A stretch of DNA of 63,190 bases, the filler included, from Olpidium bornovanus S191 (Eukaryota; Fungi; Olpidiomycota): the NCBI GenBank assembly GCA_017911155.1. It is 31 parts of 31 records of this genome, joined end to end, with 100 filler letters (N's around TTAATTAATTAA, not from the genome) between each part and the next. Parts side by side here need not be neighbours in the genome. Positions count along the whole stretch, not along the records: positions 23,301 to 25,070 come from JAEFCI010008325.1; positions 25,171 to 26,531 come from JAEFCI010012744.1; positions 26,632 to 29,042 come from JAEFCI010010931.1; positions 29,143 to 31,537 come from JAEFCI010009909.1; positions 31,638 to 33,227 come from JAEFCI010006431.1; positions 33,328 to 34,691 come from JAEFCI010010991.1; positions 34,792 to 35,996 come from JAEFCI010013068.1; positions 36,097 to 38,606 come from JAEFCI010012393.1; 23 more parts are not named here. One strand, given 5' to 3'. A program made the position numbers and the translations under genes. Below the pieces are notes generated by a model, which saw only the letters and a list, made by a program, of their open reading frames with translations, was not told where the DNA came from and did not search any database. Positions 23,301-36,250 of this stretch are shown piece by piece. Numbering within the stretch: position 1 is the stretch's first letter; every line of letters begins with the position of its first letter.

Positions 23301-24800
23301 ACATGAAGTTCTTCGTCCTTTTGACGTAGGGCGCGTTGGGCGGATCCCCGCGCCTTGTGCCTTTCCTCTTCGTTTTCCTCGGCGCCTTGCGCGAGACCGC
23401 ACCGCACGACGAGTCTGACGACGCGGAAGAGAGGGTGGGTGATGAAGGAGGCGACGGCGTCTTGTACATGTAAGGCGGAATCTCGTCGGTGCCTGCGAAG
23501 CGCAAGAGTGTGTGAGCCTCGGTCCGTTCTAACTGGGATGCCGCCGCGGAATCAGAACAGTTCGACTCACAGGCTTCCAGAGGCGCCTCGGGGTCCGCGC
23601 GCGACGATCGACAACCTTCCGCGGTTTTTGAAAAGGCCGAGTGATTTGACGGGTGGTCGGAACCGGGCTCCTGTTCGCGAAGGACCGCCGGCGGGTGCTC
23701 CGAATCGCGCTCTTTGGGTTGAGAAGCCGCGGTAGGAGAGAGCCCCAGTTCCACGTGAAACAGCAGAGGCGTGGAGGTGAACCGAAGCCGGTTCTGCCGT
23801 GACAACGCGGAAGCAAAGCGAGCGGCAGAGGCGGCTGCTGCCGGTGTGCCGGACTTCGCCGGCGGCGGGGGGCCGACGTTAACGAGTGCCGATGTAGTAG
23901 ATCCGTCGGAGGAAACGGCGGGCTGACAGCTTCGCTCTGGAGCGCCGCCCTCGGCAGGGAGAACGCGAGACGCGTCCGGTAAACCGCGGCCCGCAGGTGC
24001 ACACGTTTGACCACCGGAGGGGCTCACGCCGGCGAGTTTCGCCAGAGAAAACGTGGGCAGGGCCACGTGGCGGCCCCTGCTGACGGCGACAGGGCGCGTT
24101 CGGAGCGTGCTGGGCGTCGTGTCCAAGATCCCTCCTGCCTGGGGGACCAGCCGCGGAGAAGGCAGGGCGGCGGCGGCCGCCGCCGCGGGTTCTCCTTGAC
24201 GGCCGGGGTTCGTCGCGCGACGGACCTTCTTCTTCGTCGGTTCCGTTTCCTCTCCGCCGCCGGCGCCCGGGGCGCGTACGCCGTCATCTCTCTCGCGCAC
24301 CTTTGGCTCGGCGGTCGCCCGCGGCCGACTGCCGCCTTTGGGGGGAGCGGCGGCGGCGGCTCTCGCCGGCGGCGCCGGGGCCCCGAACGCGCGGGGCACA
24401 GCGGACGAGCCTGATCCCGCGCCGACGGCGTTGACAGCGGACGAGCCTGATCCCGCGGCGACGGCGTTGACAGCGGACGGAGCCGCGGACCGCCTCGGGG
24501 ACGGGGACCGCGAGGCGGAGCGGGTCGGGGAGGGCGTGGCGCGGCGCGGGCGAGGGGCGGGGGCCTGCCGCTGGCGCCGGTGGTGAGGTCCTAGGCCTGT
24601 GCCGCCGCCGCGCAGGAGACGCGCGGCGCGCGGCGGCGCGTTCTGGGCTGAGGTTTCGCAAGAGCGCGACGCGGGGTTCCGCTTCGAAAGGCGGCCGGCG
24701 ACGGTGTTGGCGACCGTGGCGGCGGGGACGGTGGCAACGGCGGAGGAGGAAGAGGAAGAGGAGGAGGAGGAGGAGGAGGGGGCGGCGGCGGCAGCAGCGG
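23301..24800 (-). CDS. Hypothetical low-complexity (S/P/A-rich) protein, truncated
   Basis: Long open frame ending in a basic stretch (RKAPRKTKRKGTRRGDPPNAPYVKRTKNFM) at the contig end. No domain recognised. Confidence 0.4.
24401..24479. repeat. 36-bp tandem repeat x2.2
   Basis: GCGGACGAGCCTGATCCCGCGSCGACGGCGTTGACA repeated. On the minus strand it encodes SAVNAV(A/G)AGSGS. Confidence 0.9.
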
Positions 24801-25436
24801 CGGCAGAGGAGGAGGCGGCGGCGGCGGCGGCGGCGGCGGCAGAGGAGGAAGCGCGGCCGAAGGAGGAGGCGGAGGAGGAGGAGGCGGAGGCTGCGGGGGG
24901 CTGCGCCTGGGCGCGGCGGGCAGGCGGCGGCGGCTGGGGCCGGTGCGATCGCGGGGCGGGACGGCGACAGGGGCCCGCGCGCGCGGCGCCGGCGCGACCG
25001 GCGCGGGCGGCGTCGGGGAGCGGGCGCTCCGCAGGCATTTACGGCGGGAGGCGGGGGGGGGGGGGGTGGGNNNNNNNNNNNNNNNNNNNNNNNNNNNNNN
25101 NNNNNNNNNNNNNNTTAATTAATTAANNNNNNNNNNNNNNNNNNNNNNNNNNNNNNNNNNNNNNNNNNNNCATGTTTTCCAGCAGAAATACAATGGGAAC
25201 CCACACCAAGCGAGTGAGACACTGTCGTTGCTGGCAGGGTAATGGTTTTTGGGCTTGAGTGTACGAAGGATAAAAGAAACGAACGAAAATGGTCGGGACG
25301 ACGGGGGACAAGGGCACAACGCGGGTGTTTCTGATTCCCGGTGAGAGCGCGTCCGTCGGCTTGCCGTGCGCGTCTCTCTTTCTTCCGTTTGGCGTTGGTG
25401 ACGAGAGCCCTTTTTGTCTTTTGCGCGGCATAATAA

Positions 25437-26531
<1,095 letters not shown>

Positions 26532-27958
26532 NNNNNNNNNNNNNNNNNNNNNNNNNNNNNNNNNNNNNNNNNNNNTTAATTAATTAANNNNNNNNNNNNN
26601 NNNNNNNNNNNNNNNNNNNNNNNNNNNNNNNGCATGCCGCCTCTGCACTTTATTGGAAATTTGAAGCCTTGTCGCGTCCCCTAATCAGACTTCTCTGCTT
26701 TTTCCCGGGAGAGGGACATCGGCGGGGTGAGCATCGGGGAGTTTTCGCAGAACGAAAAGGAGGCCTGATGCGAACCTTAGCTCTCGGAACTTCAAGTGCG
26801 CGCGGCTCCTTCGCCTTGCCGAGAGGTCGTGCGTGTGAGAGACTGTCTTGTGCGAGCGCGTGCGAGTGATCGCCCTGCCCGCGCACAACCCGAGGAAGCG
26901 AAGTCCGTACGGCCAATCGGAGATTATTCTCTCTGTTTGCCGAGACATCGGTGAACCACACCCTTTCGCACGCCAAAATAAAAACCTTTACGGACGCTCG
27001 TACTACAAAAGCGGCTGGGGTCAGACGGAGATGTTACAAGAATCCACGAAGCTTCGCCCAATTCTCCCCATCACGTCCCGAGCTCTGCTTGCGCGCACTC
27101 CACCCCCACCCCGCTTTTTTGTGCTCGGTCAGAATCTACCGCCGACCGAGGAATCACGAAACAAAAAGCAACTTGTGCGGAGAACGTGAATGATCTCAAA
27201 GTAGACTTTGAGGTAAAGTATGATGGCGGTAATAAATGTAGAAATTAGGACAAAAAGAATAAGCAATGAATTGCTGAGCCAGCAAATAGTGGTGATTTGA
27301 GAAAGCAGCCCGTCTTCCGTTAAATCCTCAGCACAAAGCTTCCATTGTTGACTCTCCTCACGGCAACTGGGAAGGCAGACCTTCCCTCACTAATCCTCCC
27401 GACGGCAGCTGGCAGCTGGGCTCCGAAAAACTCGGCGGCGGGCCACACCCACACGGCATTTCTCGAAAACCTGTCTCAGCCATCGTCTGTTCCCACGCCG
27501 TGCCCGCCGAAAAAAAAAAGGAGGTCCCCGTCCGCGCGACAGCCGGCCCATAGGTGTCCACCAGATAACGCATAGGCAACAATTAGCTAAATATTTAGCG
27601 ATTGATTTATAGCATACTATATACCTTAAAAGTTTGCTTTGCTACACTTCTTTGAGCTTCGCTCCCTCGAAGATAGCGCCAGGGTTACCCCTGTTATTCG
27701 GCAATTAATTATTTATTAATTTATTTGGCAGCCGCCTGATCCCCGACCACCGATGTCCTGATTCGAGACCCACGATCCTTGTGCCGCCGGGAGTTTTCCG
27801 AGCTGTGAAAAGTTTTAACTTTTCTTGCTCGTCTGCCTTCTCCTTCTCCTTCCTGCCGCCTCTCCGACGCTCCCCACCTTCCGCCGTGAAAACTTACACT
27901 AAATATCGTACCTCAAATGCATCTAATGCTAATCATTACAGTACAGTACTAGTTTATA

Positions 27959-28165
27959 CTATGCAAATAATATCATAAATGTAATCATTAATGCGCTATT
28001 ATTCAATTAATAATTAACTATCATTTAATAAAAATGAACTATAGTTTATTTATAAATTATAGATGCTTAATGCTAAATGCTATACATCAGTTTAAATCTG
28101 ATATTTGATCCAATCTTAATGTAAATCGTACACATTTCACTATTTAAATGTAGTATACAATTCAC
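27959..28165 (-). pseudogene. atp9: atp9 (ATP synthase subunit c) relic
   Basis: Ends ALMITFMILFA*(TAG), like the atp9 C-terminus ALM.AF.ILFA. Upstream in the same frame, LNSEMCTI...IGSNIRFKLMYS aligns with IGAG..TI..GAGIG.GLVFS if Gly codons underwent G-to-A change. Multiple stops. Confidence 0.5.
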
Positions 28166-28248
28166 AAGACTTGAACAGTAACTTCTACACTAACCATTCT
28201 AGTTTAATGTAGAATACTGCATTGTGGATGATATGCAGTCCAGAAACT

Positions 28249-28524
28249 TTACTTTGAAATGGATTTAAAAAATATAATAGTAATCATAATACAAATAGAT
28301 CCTAAGATATGTAGCAATATCATAGCAATACATATACTAACTACGTAATAATAATTAGATTGTGAATATATCGATGTAATATAGCTATAATTAGTGTTTA
28401 TAGTATTATATATTATATTATAGTATTTATCAATTAAATCGTGATACTAGTGATTTAAATACAAATATGATTCTCCTTTGAATTGGAATCAATTCAATAG
28501 ATGAGACTTGAACTCATAATACAT
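28249..28524 (-). pseudogene. 91-codon frame resembling the nad6 C-terminus
   Basis: ATG to TAA with only one internal TGA (28489-28491) and one TAG (28447-28449). Ends ITSIYSQSNYYYVVSICIAMILLHILGSICIMIT, loosely like nad6 ITSIG...NY...IILLL...GSI.I. An upstream frame has NPI...YLILYGIN. Confidence 0.35.
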
Positions 28525-28740
28525 TAATTATATTTTACTTAATATATAATTTATAATAATATAGTTCGACGACTATTATACTAATACTAATTATAGTATA
28601 ACATAATTAATTGATACCGTACAGTATCAGGTATACTATATTCCAGCCTATTGGGTTTACTATATTATAATATGGTAGTAATACAGGTTCGTTCGAGCTT
28701 TGCTGAGTAAAGGTATTTACCAGCACAGACTATTCCTGTG

Positions 28741-28856
28741 TGCTGTAGCACGGCCCTCGAACCGCCGTCCTTGACCGACGCCACGGCGGGCGAAGGGCGG
28801 CGGGCGAAGGGCGGCGGGCGAGGGGCGGCGGGCGAGGGGCGGCGGGCGAAGGGCGC
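28741..28856 (+). repeat. Dispersed GC-rich repeat, copy A, with a 14-bp unit x5
   Basis: TGCTGTAGCACGGCCCTCGAACCGCC..GACCGACGCCACGG followed by (CGGGCGARGGGCGG)x5 at 28787-28856. A homologous copy lies at 42610-42688 (-). Confidence 0.85.
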
Positions 28857-31800
28857 AGAACAAACGGCGAGAGGCGGTCGAAGGGCGGAAGTGGCAGCGG
28901 GATCGAGGGCAGGACGTCCTCCGAAGCCGGGGGTCGACCAATAGAATAGTCCCCCTCGAAGCCCGCCAATCGAAGAGCGCTTCCCCCCCTTCCCCCCTCG
29001 AAGCTCGCCAATCGAAGAACTTTCCCCTTGCCCCCTTCCCCCNNNNNNNNNNNNNNNNNNNNNNNNNNNNNNNNNNNNNNNNNNNNTTAATTAATTAANN
29101 NNNNNNNNNNNNNNNNNNNNNNNNNNNNNNNNNNNNNNNNNNAAAGGCGACAAGGAGGTCAACTACGGAGAAGATGGCGGGGTTGACGTGAGGACGCGCA
29201 AGAGGTTACGACAGGAGGGGGTCGGTGGCGAGGAGAAAGACATTAGCGAATTGTTACTCATGGAGATCGAGAGGTGGGACGAGTGAGTGATCCCGCCCGG
29301 CTACCACACTTGATTTCTGACCGGATTTGCATTACCCAGCCCGCTTTTCGCACACTTTTCTTTCGTCTTGTACATACCCGTCCTACGTGCCATATCCGTT
29401 TCGCGGAAGGGTTTCTCTGGCAGACCCACACCCTAGATTCGCAAATTTGTCATGTTCACCACGCGTGCAGCAACTAGGCGGCCTAAAGCGCATTTACCTT
29501 TCTCAACCAAGCCCCTTTTTTTCGAACGATAGATCGCCCGCCCGACTCAGGCGTCTGCGGCGAACGGACGCGGCAAACTTCGAATTTCGCCCGCATACGT
29601 ATCACAGCCGGTCGCGATCTGGCAAAGGCGTTATTACTCCTGCCCCCCCCCGCGCACAGCGAGCGAGGCCGCGCATCTTAAGTTTTTTTTCCCACTGGGA
29701 TATATTTCCCGCGCATTTCTCTCCTGCCCCCTCCCCCCCGCAGGCGCACGCCGGGGAGGTACGGGAGTACCGGACGCAGCAGCGAGTTCGACCACGCCAC
29801 GGTTTTTGTGTTCGCGGCGCTCGCCAGGGCCGGAGGCTGAATTAGGTCGCAATGTCAGGAAACCGCGTTCCCCGCACCGCCACGGTTGCGAACGCGGGGT
29901 CCCCGAGGGGAATCGGCAGCGTGCGGACGTGACAACTATGGCCGCGCCACTTTCTTTTCCTCCAGATTTAGGCGGTCGGAAAGCTCGTTTCGCCTCACGA
30001 TGCTGCGCTTGAGGCCCTCTTTTTTTCCTTTTTTTGGGCTCTTATTTCACGCGAGCAGAGCATTTCGCCGCACCCACAAAATCAAACAACGAAACCGGGC
30101 GGCGGCCCGATCATCCTCCCGCGCAAAAGAAGCCCGCCCGCCCGCCCTTAGCGTTTGACAGGTCAAACATGGCCGGCGCAACGGCACAAGCCCGTCACCT
30201 CCCTTCGACCTGCTCCGCCTCGCCGTCTTGCGCCGCCGCGTCGTCCGCGCGCCGCTGCAGGCGACTCTGTGCCTGCTCAAGTTCTCGGCGGCTCCACAGG
30301 ACGGTGGTGTTGGGGGGGGGTTGCTCGCCGGCGGGTTCCGCGTCTGCCGTGGGAGGGCCGGCGTTGTGGCTGGCTGAGCTGAGCGAGGCGGAGGTTTCCT
30401 ACTACGCCGAGCACACGGGGGTTGGTCTGTTCTTCCGGTGTTGAAACAACGTTTGCGGGCCGGTGGGGCAGGCAGTCGGCTGTTGTGCATCCCCAAGGCC
30501 GATAACACAAATTGGGGGACAAAGCTGGCTCTCTCTTTATTCGTGCACTCCATCTGCTCTTTCTTTCTCTCTACGCCCGAAACCGGCCCTCGTAACGGGG
30601 TTCCCTCTCTCTGTCTCGGGACATGCCCTGACATCGCTGAATAACTTGGGTTCGGCGGGCATAGGTCAGTCATAGTCTTTCCCGAGCCTTATTACTAGAC
30701 ACACGTGTTGCCTCCAAAAACACCCTATGCTGGGGGAAGTGTCTGGCGTTAAGTTGTCGGTGTTGCCATTATTCGAAATTATGGATGCAGATGGCATTAG
30801 TGTAAGGCACTCTCCCAGAGTCCGTACTGCGGAATGCTACCCGTGCTTCCGTGTTGCGTTGGTTCGGCTGAGTGGTAGGAGCAGCCGGTAGCAGCCCAAC
30901 GTCGGTGGGACTGTTTATGTGGCGGGGGATTGAAGAGATTTTCCATCTTGTGGTCAGACATCGGGGAGAGCGGGGGAGAATTGGGAAAACGCCGGAAAAG
31001 CCTTTTGGGGTGACGATGAGTAAAGTGCAAAATGATCTCCTTCCGGCATATCTTGCTGGCCGAGGCAATCGCTTCATTCCGTTACCGTCGTGATTCGAAA
31101 GACCGTCGTGAAGTCGGCTCTGGACCTCGTCGGGTAAGAGTTTGAATCATAAGGAGAAAGGTTCTTTGCGTGTTTATTGCCTGTTCATGCGGACCACCTC
31201 TACCCTGTCACAGTGCCGAGCCCGGATTCGGCACACGACCTTCCAGACAGACACCCGCCCATTCAGTGCACGTGGTTGTACACCACCTGCGAAAGATCAC
31301 CTGCCCTGCCGCCAGCATAAACGGCCAGCCGCAGCCGTCCCATGCCGCGTTCGCAAAAACCCATCCGGCGCGAGGGCTGACTCGCGCGAAAGATCAAGGA
31401 GCCAAATTTGATGTTCCATGTAAGAGGCGACTTTGCCGCCTCGCGTCGCCTCCGGAGCGATACTCGTTATTCGTCCGGCTCTGCGTCCGTGCGTTCGGCG
31501 CACTCAAAAGTGGCCATCTCATTGATGCATCCATCGANNNNNNNNNNNNNNNNNNNNNNNNNNNNNNNNNNNNNNNNNNNNTTAATTAATTAANNNNNNN
31601 NNNNNNNNNNNNNNNNNNNNNNNNNNNNNNNNNNNNNGGGGGGTGCAGATTATGCGCAAGTTAGGCTATTATACGGGGGGGGGGGGGGCAAAACGGGGGG
31701 AGGCAGCCGACACCGGCAAAACATTGTCCTCACACATCTCAACCGGGGCTTTGGACGAAGAAACTGTACGTGGAGCAACTAGAAGGATTTCTACGTCTGA

Positions 31801-32753
31801 CGTCGATAAGAAAGGTGTGCCGAACTCGTCCGAGCAAGTTTTTGTGGACAAAAGCAAAAGCGGGGCCGTGTGTTTGTTTGTGCTCGGCCGAGGAAGGTGG
31901 GTCGCTGGCACGGAGGAAACAACGTGCAGCGGTTGCGGAAACCATTGAACCGGGAGGCCGTGCGCGGCAGGGCTTGCTCCGTTAAAAAGGAGAAACCAGA
32001 CTTGCGGCCGATCACGAAAACCCCGTTTTTCGAGCCCACCCGTTGCGAGCAGGGAGGACAGGGAAGTTTCCGACTTCCGGGCGTTATAGCCCCAAAAAAC
32101 TGTCCTGCAAAAGCAATGCCGAATTTTAAACCGCGGCTTGGCGACTGCGTGAACTCGGAGGGCGAGAAGTGGTAAAAAATGGTGGATTACGTCGAACGGT
32201 GTTGGCGAAAGCCGTCCGACGGACAAATCATCAACCGGGGTGTGCCCCCCCCCCCCCCCCCGACCCCCGATGATATCCACCCCGTTCTTGCCGTGCCGCA
32301 CGCAGTGCTTGCGACCAGGTGCTCAACCCTGCGACGGACAGAGACCCCCGCTGCTCGCTGGAGCCGTGCCAGGCGCGAGCGCGCCCGAATTCGAGCTCCC
32401 GACTGGAGCCGTCCGAGAGACAGAGAAAGATAGAGCACAATTCTGCACATGCTTTTCTTTTTTTTTTCCTGTTTTCTTTTTTTTTTATTTTTTTTTTTTT
32501 TTCGCTGACGGTGCTGACGACGGCGACCATCAAAACGACGGCGAGAGAGTTCCGGTTACGAGCGGTGCGTGCGAGCTGATCACACCACGCGAGAGAAACC
32601 ATCAGTCCCCGGGCCTTCTTCCAGCCTCCGTCCAAACGATTTCGCGCTCTAGGGCAGACTGACAGCTGTCCGCAAAATGGATACCGGAGAAGGAGAGAGG
32701 GAGAGGGAAATGGAGAGGGAGAGAGAGAACGAGAAAGAGAAAAAAAAGAGCTT

Positions 32754-33227
32754 TTAACGGACAGACAACAGAATCTCCACAGCCGCGTCCAAAGACCCGT
32801 CGGTCGCTCGCAGGGCCTCGACGATCGCATCTCGGGGCGCTGCCGGGAACATAACCGCCAGAGTCGCCACCTCCTCGTCGGTCGGCTCGCGGAGCCGCTC
32901 CTCCTGCGGGCGACTCAAATTCATTATGGGGGAAGAGGTGAGAGGTGGGGGGGGAGGAGAGAATCGTGATGTCAAGCCAGGCAGGTTCTTCAGCGGAAAC
33001 ACGAAAAGCCCGCCGAACTGCCCGAGTTTGCTTTCGGGAAAACAAAAAAAGAGAAACAGCGCAATCCTCGGTTTATTTCCAAACCCCCCCCCCCCCCCCC
33101 CCCCGACCGAAATCGGTCATTAAACTCACCGGTCGCGGCCGCCGCCTGTTCAGACGTGGGCTGGGCGAGCCCGCAGCGTCGCCTCCTGCGGAGCCGGAGG
33201 ACGAGGACGCCAACAGCGGCAAGAGCA
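32754..33227 (-). CDS. C-terminal CUE/UBA-like domain protein (possibly Dsc2/UBAC2-like), last two exons
   Basis: Exons 33227-33130 and about 32903-32754: EPTDEEVATLAVMFPAAPRDAIVEALRATDGSLDAAVEILLSVR*. Has the MFP motif and di-leucine of CUE/UBA ubiquitin-binding domains. Confidence 0.65.
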
Positions 33228-35530
33228 NNNNNNNNNNNNNNNNNNNNNNNNNNNNNNNNNNNNNNNNNNNNTTAATTAATTAANNNNNNNNNNNNNNNNN
33301 NNNNNNNNNNNNNNNNNNNNNNNNNNNATTGTCATCAATAGGCGGCGACTGCGAACCCAAGCCGCCGGGATGACGACTCGGAGTCGTTTGGTGGCTCGTA
33401 GAGTCGTTGTCGAGTCAGTGGGGAGTCGTCGTTCGTCGCAGAGGCATGCATAACCAAATGGCAATGCTTATGAGAGCGTGGGGGACAGCACGGCCACTAC
33501 GTCAATTGCCGGTACGCTCGGAGCGTGCGTCCCGCACCGGTGTTTGGCAGGGCCGAGGCCCACGGAGTAAGGTCCCGCGGCAAGGTAAAGGGACAAGCCG
33601 CGTTTGTTGGTACGCTATGTCGTCTTTCGTGCGTGTCATTGGCACGTTCCTCGATTTCTGCGGAAACACGTTTTGCGGGGCTTCTTGGACCTCCTCGCGG
33701 GATAGGATGGAGCGAGAGCCCCGCCGAAGGAACGAGATGGCTCAGCCATCCGCCGCGCCGGCCTCGCCAGCGAAAGAAAAGCTGAAGGCGCCAAAAGCCA
33801 ACCGAGCCCAAGGAACCGTCGCCAATAAACTTGACAGGCAAGACCCTCCACCGGGGCTTGCCAGACCATTTGGTAGAGCCGGCTGGTACCAGAGCTGCAC
33901 TGCAGCGGGTCTAGCCATGTTTTTGTGCTAAACGAAAGGTTTTGTCCGCGGAGCGCGTTGAAGAAGTTTTTCGGGCAACGCGTCCGGGCGTGGGGAGGAG
34001 GAAAAACAAAACGTGTGCTCGTGTTTTTTTGAACCGCGCGGCACCAGGCCCAGCACGGCTCTGCTTACGACTGAGAGCTGGCACGCGGAGCCTCTTATGC
34101 CAGGAGCTGCTCGCCGGTTGAAATCGGAAAAAAGCTATTTTCCAGAAGCTCCCGCGCGCGACTGCAAAGTCTCCCGGCGGTCACCGGGGCGCATATTTGC
34201 CGGGTCAAAAGTGGTGCACGCGTCCCATTTCGGGACTTCCGTTGTCCTTGCTTTTGACGCGTGATTTTTCGGCCGGACGTGATTTGGCGGGCAGTTTGGC
34301 TCCGTTGAAGGCACGCCGTGCTGCTTATGGCGGGGCGCAGGCGGGGTAGCTGCAGCTCGAGCCAGACAGGGCTCAGCCGTTTGAGGAGCCTGGTGGCGTG
34401 CCGGGTGCCGGTCGCCATGTAAAATATGGCTTAGTTTGCTTTGCTTGGCGAGGCCGGTGTGGATGATGCTCTTACCCTGGATACCTCCGATTATCTCGCG
34501 CGTTTTGCACGCGTCTCTTTCCTGGTCTCCCTGCGCGCAAGAACGGCAAACATCGCGAAACAGTTGAATGCATGGTAACCCCACGTCTAAACAACAATTA
34601 TCGGCGGAACCGTCCGTGCAGACCTGCCCGATAGGAAGAACCGCAGCTGCGGCGCCCCAGACCGCCGTAAGCACATCCGAAAAAGAAGAGCNNNNNNNNN
34701 NNNNNNNNNNNNNNNNNNNNNNNNNNNNNNNNNNNTTAATTAATTAANNNNNNNNNNNNNNNNNNNNNNNNNNNNNNNNNNNNNNNNNNNNGGCGATCAC
34801 CACACTGGTTTAGCATATCGGCGGTGGGTTTTTTTTTATTTTGTTGGAATGCGATCCAGGTACTCCGTCACGGCCTCTTGAGCATTAACCAGTCTTTGTT
34901 CATCTTCCCATGGACCGGTCCCGGGTGCGTCCTTCTCGAGACCGCTTCGCGCTTTTGGGAAAATAGGTGAGCAGTTTAGGAGAGGCAGCGCCGAGCCTTG
35001 TGGAAAGTCGTTGTTCCAGCTTTTGCACTCAAAACTCCAAAACCCAGCCTCTAAATTCCAGTTCTTGCGAGCGTTCTCTCCGTCTCCTTTTCTCTTTCCC
35101 TCTCCTACTTGCTCTGGGGTTCGTTTGCTCTATGACTCTAACGCTACTCGAGGACGCGTTTGTTCTATTCTGCGAGAGTTTTCGCCGCGCTTGGGCGTTC
35201 GGGGGGGGTCGTTCCCGAAATTTTTGGAGGGCGGGGCGAGAGAAGAAAATTCTTTGGGGGGGGGGACCATACGCGTATCAAGTCACAACGCGTAATCCTT
35301 CTTCTTCCGCAGCCTCACGTTCAGCCCAATCTTTTATCAATAGTCGCCTTGAGCTTCTCGTTTCACAACAGCCGCCCCCCAGGACTGACGAGCTTGTTTC
35401 GTCAGTCACAGTGTATCACGTGGCCGCCAGCTTTTTTGGGTTTTTACGAGTTGGATTTGGCTCCACCAACGCCACTCGCCCCACGCCGTTACCACACCGC
35501 TTCACTTTCCCTCGCGTCCACCCGTCCACG

Positions 35531-35996
35531 ATGTCGTCCTCTGCGTCCGCTGCTCCTGCGCCCGCTCCGGTCCCGTTCGCCGGGAGACGTCTTGACGCCA
35601 ACACCCGTTGGATCTACACGGCCTTCTGGGCGCACCGGTTGCACGATTCCCGTAGTTTGCTTGCTGCCGCGGCTGCGTGCGTCGCCGATCGTCCAACACT
35701 GGAACGTCAATGCTTTTTACGCGGACGCATGATTCGTTTTATCCATTACACGTGGAGGTTTCGCGCCGTCCACGAGGACGGAAGCACCGAAGCATGTGTT
35801 GCCCTTCTCCAGTTAGTCCCGATCTTTCCTTCGTAATGCAACCCTTCTTTAGCAAATAACCTCGCGTTTGATTCATTGCAGACTTCGCCGTTCCATGATC
35901 GAGGCGTTTCTTCAGGTCATGAATTGGCCAGCCACCTTTTGGCTGCCCGCGGATCCCCGCGACCTGGAGTTCCTGTTCCTGCCGTCAGACACGCAA
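35531..35996 (+). CDS. Hypothetical spliced protein
   Basis: MSSSASAAPAP...RWIYTAFWAHRLH...HYTWRFRAVHEDG, then a GTTAGT..TTGCAG intron, then LRRSMIEAFLQVMNWPATFWLPADPRDLEFLFLP in phase. Confidence 0.4.
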
Positions 35997-36250
35997 NNNN
36001 NNNNNNNNNNNNNNNNNNNNNNNNNNNNNNNNNNNNNNNNTTAATTAATTAANNNNNNNNNNNNNNNNNNNNNNNNNNNNNNNNNNNNNNNNNNNNGGGG
36101 GGCGCCGTAGCCGTGCAGAGGATCCGGAACGGGGAAGCGGGAAACGAGAAACTCTCTCTCCCGGAATTTCGCCGGCCCGCCCTACTTCTCTCCAAAGCTT
36201 TCCCCGCACCAAACGGGCGAAAAGAAACGCGCGGATCGGGTCTCGCGGTC

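Larger units (their letters stand above)
27890..28690. other. AT-rich island, probable decayed mitochondrial insertion (NUMT)
   Basis: About 800 bp, roughly three-quarters AT by eye, with sharp boundaries in GC-rich flanks. Contains atp9-like and possibly nad6-like relics on the minus strand. Confidence 0.6.

Noticed and set aside
27660-27760. Resemblance to LSU rRNA domain V / I-SceI site (rc ATAACAGGGGTAACCCT; CTGATCCCC; CACCGATGTC)
   Set aside because: The matches are short, lie on conflicting strands and lack the intervening conserved rRNA sequence. Not supportable as rRNA.
32173-32175. A second in-frame TAA between ORFs 31870-32175 and 32179-32433, suggesting TAA reassignment
   Set aside because: There is no evidence these ORFs are coding. 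TAA appears to serve as a real stop in the RGS and CUE-domain genes, and conserved genes show no internal TAA.
34135-34674. Cys-rich ORF (NCCLDVGLPC...VCRSC) as a small secreted Cys-rich protein
   Set aside because: Most of the cysteines fall in a segment bounded by GT..AG (GTCTGC...GCGCAG) that is probably an intron. No signal peptide is visible.
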